In this document: one piece after another, positions 20,905-28,788 of the stretch
How the letters are laid out: the number at the start of each line of letters is the position of its first letter
How positions within the stretch are numbered: position 1 is the first letter of the stretch
Origin: an uncultured Planctomycetaceae bacterium
GTDB taxonomy: Bacteria > Planctomycetota > UBA1135 > GCA-002686595
Assembly: GCA_964428225.1 (NCBI GenBank)
Contig: CAYRXS010000001.1
Coordinates: 2,774-66,773 of the forward strand
Direction of reading: 5' to 3'
DNA: 64,000 nucleotides
Made by a program: the position numbers and the translations under genes
Notes under the pieces: model-generated
What the model saw: the letters and a program-made list of their open reading frames with translations, nothing else
Told to the model about the DNA's origin: nothing
Database searches by the model: none

Positions 20905-21549
20905 GTGGGCATCGCCCTAGTGATCGCCCTCGTGATCATCTCCCTGGGTTTTCACGAGGCGGCCCACGGCTGGATGGCCCTCAAGCGCGGCGACCCGACG
21001 GCGCGGGATCTCGGCCGGATCACGCTGAACCCGATCGTCCACATCGATCCCTTCATGACGATCGTGCTGCCGGTGATGGCCTTCTACATCATGGGCTTCC
21101 CCTTCGGGGGGGCGAAGCCAGTCCCCGTGGCGTACCACAATCTCCGCAAGCCGTTGCGCGACATGGCACTTGTGGCGATTGCCGGGCCGCTCTCGAATGT
21201 GTTCCTGGCGTCGGTGTTCTTCCTCGTCCGTCATGTCGTCGTCTACAAGCTCCACGTCTGGGAAGAGCTGGCGCTGGGGGACTTGGTCCTCGTCTACGCG
21301 ATCTACATCAATCTCCTGCTCGCCGCTTTCAACCTCGTGCCGATCCCGCCACTGGACGGCTCGAGGATCATGGCCTGGCTTCTTCCCTCCGGCCTGCGGG
21401 AGCCCTACGTGCAGCTCGAACGATTCGGGCTGATCCTGGTGGTCGCGGTGATCTTCCTCGTGCCCGGCTTCTGGGAACTCCTCCAGCAGATGATGGACTT
21501 CCTCTACCAGGTGATCCACACCGTCTTCACCTTCGGGGGCGCCTGGTGA
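20905..21549 (+). CDS. Site-2 protease family (peptidase M50) membrane metalloprotease
   Basis: HEAAHGW (HExxH) in the first TM helix, LNPIVHIDP, GGAKPVPV, PLDGSRI. First canonical start in the coding-looking part is GTG 20905. A possible ATC start at 20869 with a strong SD is discussed in findings. Confidence 0.8.
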   Translation: MGIALVIALVIISLGFHEAAHGWMALKRGDPTARDLGRITLNPIVHIDPFMTIVLPVMAFYIMGFPFGGAKPVPVAYHNLRKPLRDMALVAIAGPLSNVFLASVFFLVRHVVVYKLHVWEELALGDLVLVYAIYINLLLAAFNLVPIPPLDGSRIMAWLLPSGLREPYVQLERFGLILVVAVIFLVPGFWELLQQMMDFLYQVIHTVFTFGGAW

Positions 21550-22415
21550 GCGACGACTTCACGGTTCGCCTCGAGCAGGTCTTCCAGGGCCCGATGGATC
21601 TGCTCCTGCACCTCGTGCGCGAGCAGGAGGTGGAGATCCACGAGATCGAGATCTCGAAGATCCTCGAGGGCTATCTCGCGTACCTGGACGCCCTCGACCG
21701 CCTCGACGTCGAGTACGCGGGCGACTTCCTCGTCATGGCCGCCACGCTGATGGCGATCAAGAGCCGCTCGCTCCTGCCCCGGGAGGAGGTCGACCTCGCG
21801 GAGGAGCTGGACCCCCGGGACGAGCTCATCCAGCGCCTGCTGGAGTACCGGCGGTTCAAGGAAGCGGGCGACGACCTCGAGCGGGGCATGCGGGAGCGCG
21901 AAGCCCAGGTCTCCCGCGGCTGGCGCGGCGAGGCGGGGGGCCCCGCGGAGCGCGAATTCGAGCTCGGCGAGCTCACCGCCTGGGACCTGCTCGCGACCTT
22001 CTCCCGTCTCATGCGGGAGACCCTGGCCGACCGGACCCACACGGTGGCCACCGATCCCCACCCCCTGCGGTTCTACGTGGACGAGGTGGTGCGCCGCCTG
22101 CGGTCGAACGGGGACGTCTCCCTTCGCGGCCTGATGGAGACCTACGCCGATCTGCCGCGACGGGAGGCCCTCGTGGGCTCCTTCTGTGCCCTGCTCGAGC
22201 TGGTACGCCTGCAGCTCGTCGCGATCGAGCAGGACGAGCCGACCGACGACATCCGGATCTCGATCCGCCCCGAGCACGACCACGACCTGGAGCGGATCGT
22301 GCGGGAGAGCAGCCTGGACGAGGACCTCCAGAACGGTCCGGATCCACCGGAGGGCGCCGAAGAGGATGCCCCTCCCTCGTCCCCCGCAGACGACGCCGGT
22401 CTGCCGAAGCCGTGA
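21546..22415 (+). CDS. scpA: Segregation and condensation protein A (kleisin)
   Basis: FQGPMDLLLHLVREQEVEIHEIEISKILEGYLAYL, FLVMAATLMAIKSRSLLP, LLEYRRFKEA. GTG start overlaps the M50 stop (GTGA). Confidence 0.9.
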   Translation: MSDDFTVRLEQVFQGPMDLLLHLVREQEVEIHEIEISKILEGYLAYLDALDRLDVEYAGDFLVMAATLMAIKSRSLLPREEVDLAEELDPRDELIQRLLEYRRFKEAGDDLERGMREREAQVSRGWRGEAGGPAEREFELGELTAWDLLATFSRLMRETLADRTHTVATDPHPLRFYVDEVVRRLRSNGDVSLRGLMETYADLPRREALVGSFCALLELVRLQLVAIEQDEPTDDIRISIRPEHDHDLERIVRESSLDEDLQNGPDPPEGAEEDAPPSSPADDAGLPKP

Positions 22416-22545
22416 CGCGCCTCGGGCTCGACGCGGTTGCCGGCGCAGGGCGGTGAATGGACTGGACGCCCCCCGACCCCGAGGCCATCATGGCCAGCCC
22501 GTCCCGGGAGTACCGGGCCCCCCGCGAACCAGAGGATACTCCGTC

Positions 22546-22872
22546 ATGAGCCAAGCAGCCGAGGTCACCGACAGCCAGTGGGATGCCGCCGTCCTGCAGA
22601 GCGACACCCCCGTTCTCGTGGACTTCTGGGCGGAGTGGTGCGCACCGTGCCGCGCGATGGGCCCCTACGTTGACAAGCTGGCGGAGGAGTATCAGGGCCG
22701 GCTGAAGGTCGTGAAGATCAACACCCAGGACAATCCGGAAGTGCCCGCCCGGTACGGGATCACCGCGATCCCCACCTTCCTCCTCATCAAGGGGGGCGAA
22801 GTCGTCAAACAGATCGTCGGCAGCCAGCCATACGACGCCCTCAAAGGCATCGTCGAGGAGAACATCGGCTGA
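22546..22872 (+). CDS. trxA: Thioredoxin
   Basis: 108 aa. VLVDFWAEWCAPCR active site and GITAIPTFLLIKGGE. Confidence 0.95.
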   Translation: MSQAAEVTDSQWDAAVLQSDTPVLVDFWAEWCAPCRAMGPYVDKLAEEYQGRLKVVKINTQDNPEVPARYGITAIPTFLLIKGGEVVKQIVGSQPYDALKGIVEENIG

Positions 22873-22903
22873 CATTCTCCTCCCGTCCCCCCGGTCGCAC
22901 CCC

Positions 22904-23845
22904 GTGCGCCTCGTCTTCCTCGGATCCCCCCCGTTCGCCACGTCGATCCTCGCCCGGCTCGCTTCCTCGCCCTTCCGGCCCGATCTCGTCGTGACGCCAC
23001 CCCGCCGCCCGCGCGGTCGCGGGCGCAAGCTCCTGCCCTCGCCGGTGGCCGAGCTGGCGCGAGAGGAGGGGCTCGAGCTCTTGCAGCCGGCCTCGGTGAA
23101 GGACGAGGGGCTCATGCGGCACCTGGCGGAGTTCGAGGCCGACGTGTTCCTCGTCGTCGCCTACGGCGAGCTCCTGCGCCAGGAGTTCCTCGACCTGCCG
23201 CGCATCGACTGCCTCAACGTCCACCCCTCGCTCCTGCCGCGCCACCGCGGCGCGTCGCCCATCCCCGCCGCGATCCTCGCCGGTGACCGCGAGACGGGCG
23301 TGTCGATCCAGCGGGTGGTGTTGAAGCTCGACGCGGGGGACGTGCTCGTGCAGAAGCGCACCGAGATCCTGCCCGACGAGACAGCGGGTGAGCTCGCGGA
23401 GCGCCTCATGGTCCTCTCGGGCGAGGCGGTGATCGAAGCGCTCGAGAAGGTGGAGCGCGGCGAGCTCGACTACACGCCGCAGGACCCCGAGGGCGTGACC
23501 ATCTGTCGCAAGCTGAAGAAGGAAACGGGCAACGTCGACTGGTCGCTCTCCGCCGCCGAGCTGATCCGCCACGTGCGTGCGATGAACCCCTGGCCGCTGG
23601 CGCGCACCACTCTCCCCGGAGGCAAGGGGCTCGCCGTGCACCGAGCGCGCGCGGCGGAGGAGGCGGGCCCGGGGATGGAGCCCGGAGCCCTGGTCGTCGC
23701 GACGGACCGCTGCGTCGTGAGCACCGGCTCGGGCACGATCGAGCTCCTCGAGGTGCAGGCGGACGGCAAGCGACCCATGACCGGCGCGGAGTTCCTGCGC
23801 GGGGCACGACTCGAGGCGGGCGACCTCCTCGGCGCGGCGGGATGA
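22904..23845 (+). CDS. fmt: Methionyl-tRNA formyltransferase
   Basis: MRLVFLGSPPFA, NVHPSLLPRHRGASPI, C-terminal EVQADGKRPM. Overlaps rsmB by 4 nt. Confidence 0.92.
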   Translation: MRLVFLGSPPFATSILARLASSPFRPDLVVTPPRRPRGRGRKLLPSPVAELAREEGLELLQPASVKDEGLMRHLAEFEADVFLVVAYGELLRQEFLDLPRIDCLNVHPSLLPRHRGASPIPAAILAGDRETGVSIQRVVLKLDAGDVLVQKRTEILPDETAGELAERLMVLSGEAVIEALEKVERGELDYTPQDPEGVTICRKLKKETGNVDWSLSAAELIRHVRAMNPWPLARTTLPGGKGLAVHRARAAEEAGPGMEPGALVVATDRCVVSTGSGTIELLEVQADGKRPMTGAEFLRGARLEAGDLLGAAG

Positions 23846-25158
23846 CGCGCGTCACGGCCTGGTCGGTTCTGCGCTCGGGACACCCGATCCCGATGCGCGA
23901 CGTGAGGCGGGCTTGCACGGAGCGCGGGCTCGAGGAGCGCGACGCCGCTCTGGTTCGTCGGCTCGTGGGGACGGAGGTGCGCCGGCGCGGCACCTTACGA
24001 GCCGTGATGCGCGAGTTCGTGCGCGGCAAACCGAAACCGGATCTCGCCGCGCACCTGCACGTGGGGTTGGTGCAGATCCTGTTCCTCGACCGCGTTCCCG
24101 ATCACGCCGCGGTCTCGGAGACGATCGGGGCGGTGGACGAGACCCTCGGTCGCTCCAAGGTGCGCGTGGTGAACGGCGTGCTGCGCAACGTGATCCGGGC
24201 GCGCCGGGAGGGGGAGAGCGGCGATCCGTGCCGGGACCTGGTCGGTCGGGACCTCCACTTCACCCGGCCGGTGTTCCGGGATCCCGAGACCCACCCGAGC
24301 CTCTGGGCCGAGGACGCCCTCTCGATCCCCGCGCCCCTCGCGAAGCGCTGGGGGAAGAGGTGGGGCTGGGACCGCACGCGGGACCTGGCCCGCCACTTCC
24401 TCTCCGAGCCTCCGCTCGTCGTGCACGGAGTCGGGATCGACGTGGAGCAGGCGCGGGGCCTCCTCGAGGGCCTCGGGACCGATCCCGCGGCGGGCGGTCA
24501 TCCGCGGGCCCTGCGCGTCGACCAGAAGCACACGGGCGCGATCACGGCCTCCGCCCCCTTCCGCGAGGGCCGGTTGACGATCCAGGGCGAGACGGCCCTG
24601 ACCGCGGCCGAGCTCGTGGAGGCAAGGCCGGGCGAGCGGATCCTCGACCTGTGCGCCGCGCCCGGGGGCAAGACGTCGGTCCTCGCGGAGGCCGGCGCCG
24701 AAGTGGTCGCGGTGGACGTGGATCCCGGACGCCTCGAGCTCGCCCGGGCCACGTGCGAGCGGCTGGGTTTCCTCGAGCGCGTGCGGTTCCTGGTGAGCAA
24801 CGGGACGAAGGCGCTGGACACCGGCGAGTTCGACGCCGCGCTCGTCGACGCGCCGTGCAGCAACACCGGCGTGCTGGGAGCGCGGCCCGAGGCCCGCTGG
24901 CGATTCGGGCCGCAGGCGATGCACCGCCTCGCCGCGCTCCAGTCACGGCTCCTCCTCGAGGCCGCGGCGCGAGTCCGATCGGGGGGACGCCTCGTGTGGT
25001 CCACGTGCAGCCTCGAGCCCGAAGAGAACGGCCGACGCGTGCGAACCTTCCTCGAGGAGAGCGTGGGGTGGGAGCTCGAGGAGGAGCACGAGGCTCTACC
25101 CGGCGCCGAGGGCGGCCCGGTCGACGGCGGCTACGCCGCGCGGCTGCGGCGGCGCTGA
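23842..25158 (+). CDS. rsmB: 16S rRNA (cytosine967-C5)-methyltransferase RsmB/Sun
   Basis: NusB-like N-domain. SAM motif DLCAAPGGKT, catalytic DAPCSNTGV and WSTCSLEPEEN. Conserved fmt-rsmB pairing. Confidence 0.9.
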   Translation: MTRVTAWSVLRSGHPIPMRDVRRACTERGLEERDAALVRRLVGTEVRRRGTLRAVMREFVRGKPKPDLAAHLHVGLVQILFLDRVPDHAAVSETIGAVDETLGRSKVRVVNGVLRNVIRARREGESGDPCRDLVGRDLHFTRPVFRDPETHPSLWAEDALSIPAPLAKRWGKRWGWDRTRDLARHFLSEPPLVVHGVGIDVEQARGLLEGLGTDPAAGGHPRALRVDQKHTGAITASAPFREGRLTIQGETALTAAELVEARPGERILDLCAAPGGKTSVLAEAGAEVVAVDVDPGRLELARATCERLGFLERVRFLVSNGTKALDTGEFDAALVDAPCSNTGVLGARPEARWRFGPQAMHRLAALQSRLLLEAAARVRSGGRLVWSTCSLEPEENGRRVRTFLEESVGWELEEEHEALPGAEGGPVDGGYAARLRRR

Positions 25159-25183
25159 ACCCGCATGAACGCGGGGGGAGCGC

Positions 25184-27610
25184 TCAATCGTCGGAGATGC
25201 CTTCGTGCGTGAAGAGACTCTCGTGCACCTTCACCGGGACATCGAGCTCTTCGAACTGGATGATGCTCAGTCCGAGCACGGCGGTCTCGGTGAGGATCCG
25301 GAAGGGAAGCCGCAGCCCCTCGACCTCGCGGAAGTCCTCGTATCGCGTGACGATCGGCATCCTCGCCCCGGTCAGTCCGACGGCGACGGTTTCGGCGCGA
25401 ATCACGTCGCCGGAGTCGGCGTCGACGAAGACGAGGAACTCGGGCGCATCCCCGTTCTGCAAGCTCACGACGAAGAACCGGCCGCCCTCGTGCTCTTCGG
25501 TTCGCAGGTAGGCGATCGAGTCGAAGCTACGGCGCCAGCCGCCGTGGAGCATGGCGGGATGCCGGGCTTTCACCTGCTCGTGGTAGATCCCGCGCATCTC
25601 GTCGATGCGGCCGTTGTAGTCGCGCACCCAGGATCGCCCGTCGCCGGCGACGACCGCGGTCGTTCCGAATCGCCCGTAGTCCTGCACCTGGTAGAACCTC
25701 GATTTCGTCGAGCTGTACCGGACGATCGTGCCGTCGATCCCGGAGCTCGGTAGCCAAACGGTTCCCCGCATGCGGAACGTACCGAGCTTGGCCAGCTTTC
25801 GTCTGCCGAGACGGCTCCCTCGGAGGTCGAGGATCGAATCCACCGTCGGGCCTTCCTCGCCTTCCGGAACTTCAACCTTGGTCAGCACGACCTCGTCCTC
25901 GCGTTGCCGGAAGGTCATCGACTCGACCTCGCCCGCCCCGGACTCGACGAACGTTGCTGACATCCAGTCCGCGACGATGAACCACCATAGACCCGCTTCG
26001 TCCGGCGCGCGTAGCGCGTAGGTCTTCGCCCCCGGGATCTCGATCGCGAGGCGGTCGTGTTTGATGCGGACGGTGAAGGTCTCCCCCGTCAGCTCCGAGC
26101 GATAGGGACCGAGGTACTTCTCCAGCTCGGCGAGCGGGATCTCGGGAGGATCGTCCAGGCCCAGGCGAGGAAGCGTCAGAACGATGCCCATCTGGCGCAT
26201 CCTCATCTCCACGACTCTCCCCGCGTCGTCCTCGATGAACGAGAAGGCCACGGCGTTGTTCGCCGCGATCCGCCGCCACCCTTCCTCGTCGGGGTCCGTC
26301 AGCTCGACGATCCGCTGGCCGGCCAGATCCACGGCCAAGCGGCCGTCCTGGACGAGGACGCGGAACGTCTGGTCGACGAAGGTCCTGAAGTTCGCGTTGT
26401 ACTCTCCGACGTAGCGGCGGAGATCGGTCGACTCGCTCCCGGCCTCGTCGCCGGTCCAATCGCCGAGCAGCGCCTCCCACACGAGCTCGCGCGAATCGAG
26501 CAGGGGAGCTCCCGTGACGTTCGCAAGCATCACGAAGCCCAGGTCCGACTCGGGCAGCAGCGCCACCTCGCACGAGTAGCCGTCGACGTTCCCTCCGTGC
26601 TCGATCACGGGCTGCCCATTCCACTCGCGGACCATCCAGCCGAGACCGTAGGAAACCTCTCTGGCGATCCCGATCTGCGGAGTCCACGTCTCGGCGTGGG
26701 TCGCCTCGGAGAGGTGACGCCGTCCGTCGAGCGCGCCGCGTCCGAGCTGGAACCGCACCCAGCGGGCCATGTCGAGGGCGTTCGAGTAGACCGATCCGGC
26801 AGGGCCGATGTTGCTCACGTCACGCAGCTCCAGCCTTCGGAACGACCCGCGGGCTTCCTCCCACTGATAGCCCGACGCGAGCCGCTCGTCGCCGAGCGCC
26901 ACCGAGGCGTGCGTCGTCGAGCTCGTCATGCCCAGCGGCTCGAAGAAGCGTTCGCTCATCAGCGCGTCCCAGTCCGACTCCGCAGCCTCGCCCGCGGCAA
27001 CCCCCGCGGCGAGGTACATGACGTTGGTGTACTGCCACGTCTCCCGAAGACCCGCCGTGGGCTCGGCGCGGGTCGCGGCACGCAGCAGATCCTCGCGCGA
27101 TACGCCCCCGCTCGCGTACAGAGCCCGCATCCGCGTGAAGCCCGTCCGGTGACAGAGGAGGTCACGGATGGTGACCTGCGCGCCTTCCTCGTCGGAGCGG
27201 ATGGCGAGCTCGAACCAGGGGAGGTGCGCGGTGACCGGATCGTCCCAGCGCATCGTCCCGTCGTCGACGAGCATTCCGACAAGCGCGGCGGTGAACGCCT
27301 TCGCGGTGGAGCCGATGCCGAAGATCGTCTCCGGGGTGACCGAACGCTCGCGCTCGACGTCGATGAAGCCGAAGCCGCGCGCGAGCACGACCTCGTCGTC
27401 CTTCACGATGGCGATCGCCAGCCCGGGGATGTGCAGAGCCTCGCGCTCCTTCTCGATCTGGGCGACCAGGCGATCGAGCCTCTGGTCGAGCGAGGGCGCC
27501 GGGGCGTCTTGCGGCTCGAGGCCCGAGACCGCCAGGACGAGGACCGCGGCGGCGAGCGCGGCGCGAAGCCACGAGCTCGGGGAGGACCCCGTCCGGGAGT
27601 GGACCTTCAT
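25184..27610 (-). CDS. Secreted serine hydrolase of the beta-lactamase/PBP family with a long C-terminal extension
   Basis: Signal-like N-terminus. SxxK motif GSTAKAFTAAL in a class-C-like context. About 400 extra C-terminal residues with two DUF3471-like repeats and a LolA-like end. Start ATG overlaps the stop of the upstream XRE gene (ATGA). Confidence 0.8.
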   Translation of the reverse strand: MKVHSRTGSSPSSWLRAALAAAVLVLAVSGLEPQDAPAPSLDQRLDRLVAQIEKEREALHIPGLAIAIVKDDEVVLARGFGFIDVERERSVTPETIFGIGSTAKAFTAALVGMLVDDGTMRWDDPVTAHLPWFELAIRSDEEGAQVTIRDLLCHRTGFTRMRALYASGGVSREDLLRAATRAEPTAGLRETWQYTNVMYLAAGVAAGEAAESDWDALMSERFFEPLGMTSSTTHASVALGDERLASGYQWEEARGSFRRLELRDVSNIGPAGSVYSNALDMARWVRFQLGRGALDGRRHLSEATHAETWTPQIGIAREVSYGLGWMVREWNGQPVIEHGGNVDGYSCEVALLPESDLGFVMLANVTGAPLLDSRELVWEALLGDWTGDEAGSESTDLRRYVGEYNANFRTFVDQTFRVLVQDGRLAVDLAGQRIVELTDPDEEGWRRIAANNAVAFSFIEDDAGRVVEMRMRQMGIVLTLPRLGLDDPPEIPLAELEKYLGPYRSELTGETFTVRIKHDRLAIEIPGAKTYALRAPDEAGLWWFIVADWMSATFVESGAGEVESMTFRQREDEVVLTKVEVPEGEEGPTVDSILDLRGSRLGRRKLAKLGTFRMRGTVWLPSSGIDGTIVRYSSTKSRFYQVQDYGRFGTTAVVAGDGRSWVRDYNGRIDEMRGIYHEQVKARHPAMLHGGWRRSFDSIAYLRTEEHEGGRFFVVSLQNGDAPEFLVFVDADSGDVIRAETVAVGLTGARMPIVTRYEDFREVEGLRLPFRILTETAVLGLSIIQFEELDVPVKVHESLFTHEGISDD

Positions 27611-27828
27611 TCTTCGTCTCCTTCGTACTGGAACACCTCGTCCACGGTGAGCCCGAACGTGCGGGCCACCCGGAACGCGAGGGCGAGGGACGGCACGTAC
27701 CGCCCCTGCTCGAGGAAGATGATCGTCTGGCGCGAACAGCCGACGCGCCGCGCCAGCTCCTGCTGGGTCATCTCCCCGTGCTCGAAGCGCAGCCTGCGGA
27801 TGCGGTTTTCGATCTCAGCCCTGGCCAT
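27607..27828 (-). CDS. Small XRE/Cro-family helix-turn-helix transcriptional regulator (73 aa)
   Basis: MTQQELARRVGCSRQTIIFLEQGRYVPSLALAFRVARTFG is a classic HTH_3 pattern. ATG at 27828. Confidence 0.85.
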   Translation of the reverse strand: MARAEIENRIRRLRFEHGEMTQQELARRVGCSRQTIIFLEQGRYVPSLALAFRVARTFGLTVDEVFQYEGDEE

Positions 27829-27967
27829 GGCTTCCGGCCCCTCCGTGGCCCGGGGGAATGTCGCGCGGCGAAGGGACGCTGCGGACGAGGGGCTTGCGGG
27901 GCGGGGAGAGTTCCATGAGAGCTGCGGTTCGGCCACCGGGCGCGGGGTACGAACGACTCGACACAAG

Positions 27968-27985
27968 GTACAGGAATTCTTGCAC
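27968..27985. promoter_or_regulatory. Imperfect palindrome around an EcoRI site in an AT-rich divergent intergenic region (candidate operator)
   Basis: GTACAGGAATTCTTGCAC. Half-sites match 4 of 6 around GAATTC. Embedded in the AT-rich stretch 27961-28005 between the XRE gene and the divergent gene at 28113. Confidence 0.3.
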
Positions 27986-28112
27986 ATAGTCATATAAATC
28001 TGACATCCGGGCCCGGATCGACGCGGATCGGTGACCGTCCCGGGGCAGTGGCGTATCGTGCTCGCAGGCGGACCCCCCCCGCCCCCCCTCCGGCGCCTCC
28101 GAGGTCGTCCCG

Positions 28113-28661
28113 ATGAGCACCTACCGCAGTACACGTCGCCCTCCCGCTCCCTCGAGCGGGGTCTCTCCCCAGGTGATGGCCATCGGGGTGATCGCCCTGA
28201 TCATTGCCGTGGTGCTCGTCCTGTTCATGGCGATGAGCCCGAAGGACGATTCGGCCTCCACGAAGCCCCAGGAGAACCCGTTCGCGGACCTCGCGGAGGC
28301 GGGGCCGGAGAAACCCACGCGCCGGACGGCGGCGGGAAGCAGCGAGACCGACAGCCCCTTCGATGACGTGGCCCTGCCCGACGAGAACCCGGTGTGGCTC
28401 GAGGCGAAGGCCAAGGGCGAGCGCGGCATGGCCCTGATCCAGGAGGCGGTGGCCGCCAAGGACGCGGGCGATCGCGAGACCGCGCAGGCCAAGGCCGCGG
28501 AGGCGCGAACATTGCTCGAACAGGCGAACGCGTCCACGGAGGACTTCGAGGAGTCGATCCTGGCCCAGCTCGGGCCGAATCACCGCTTCGTCAGGCTCGT
28601 CCGGAAGAGGACGAAGAAGTGGCGTGACAACCTGATCGCCCTGAGGAAGAGCGACCTGTAG
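28113..28661 (+). CDS. Hypothetical membrane-anchored protein
   Basis: One TM helix (VMAIGVIALIIAVVLVLFMAM) followed by a helical, charged domain. GC-rich third codon positions. No recognisable family. Confidence 0.55.
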   Translation: MSTYRSTRRPPAPSSGVSPQVMAIGVIALIIAVVLVLFMAMSPKDDSASTKPQENPFADLAEAGPEKPTRRTAAGSSETDSPFDDVALPDENPVWLEAKAKGERGMALIQEAVAAKDAGDRETAQAKAAEARTLLEQANASTEDFEESILAQLGPNHRFVRLVRKRTKKWRDNLIALRKSDL

Positions 28662-28788
28662 CCGTCGCGCGACGAAGTCGGCGCGCCGCCCCGCTCAGCG
28701 GGAGAATCACTAAACTCGGGATCCTCGCTTCGTCGACGGTCCCGACGAGGCCCCACCCCCCGGCTTGGAATCCACACCTGGAGGAATC

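Noticed and set aside
22416-22545. Expected scpB immediately after scpA, and def before fmt
   Set aside because: The 130-bp gap after scpA holds no ORF with ScpB features, and trxA (not def) precedes fmt. These partners are simply absent from this locus. This is not evidence of pseudogenisation.
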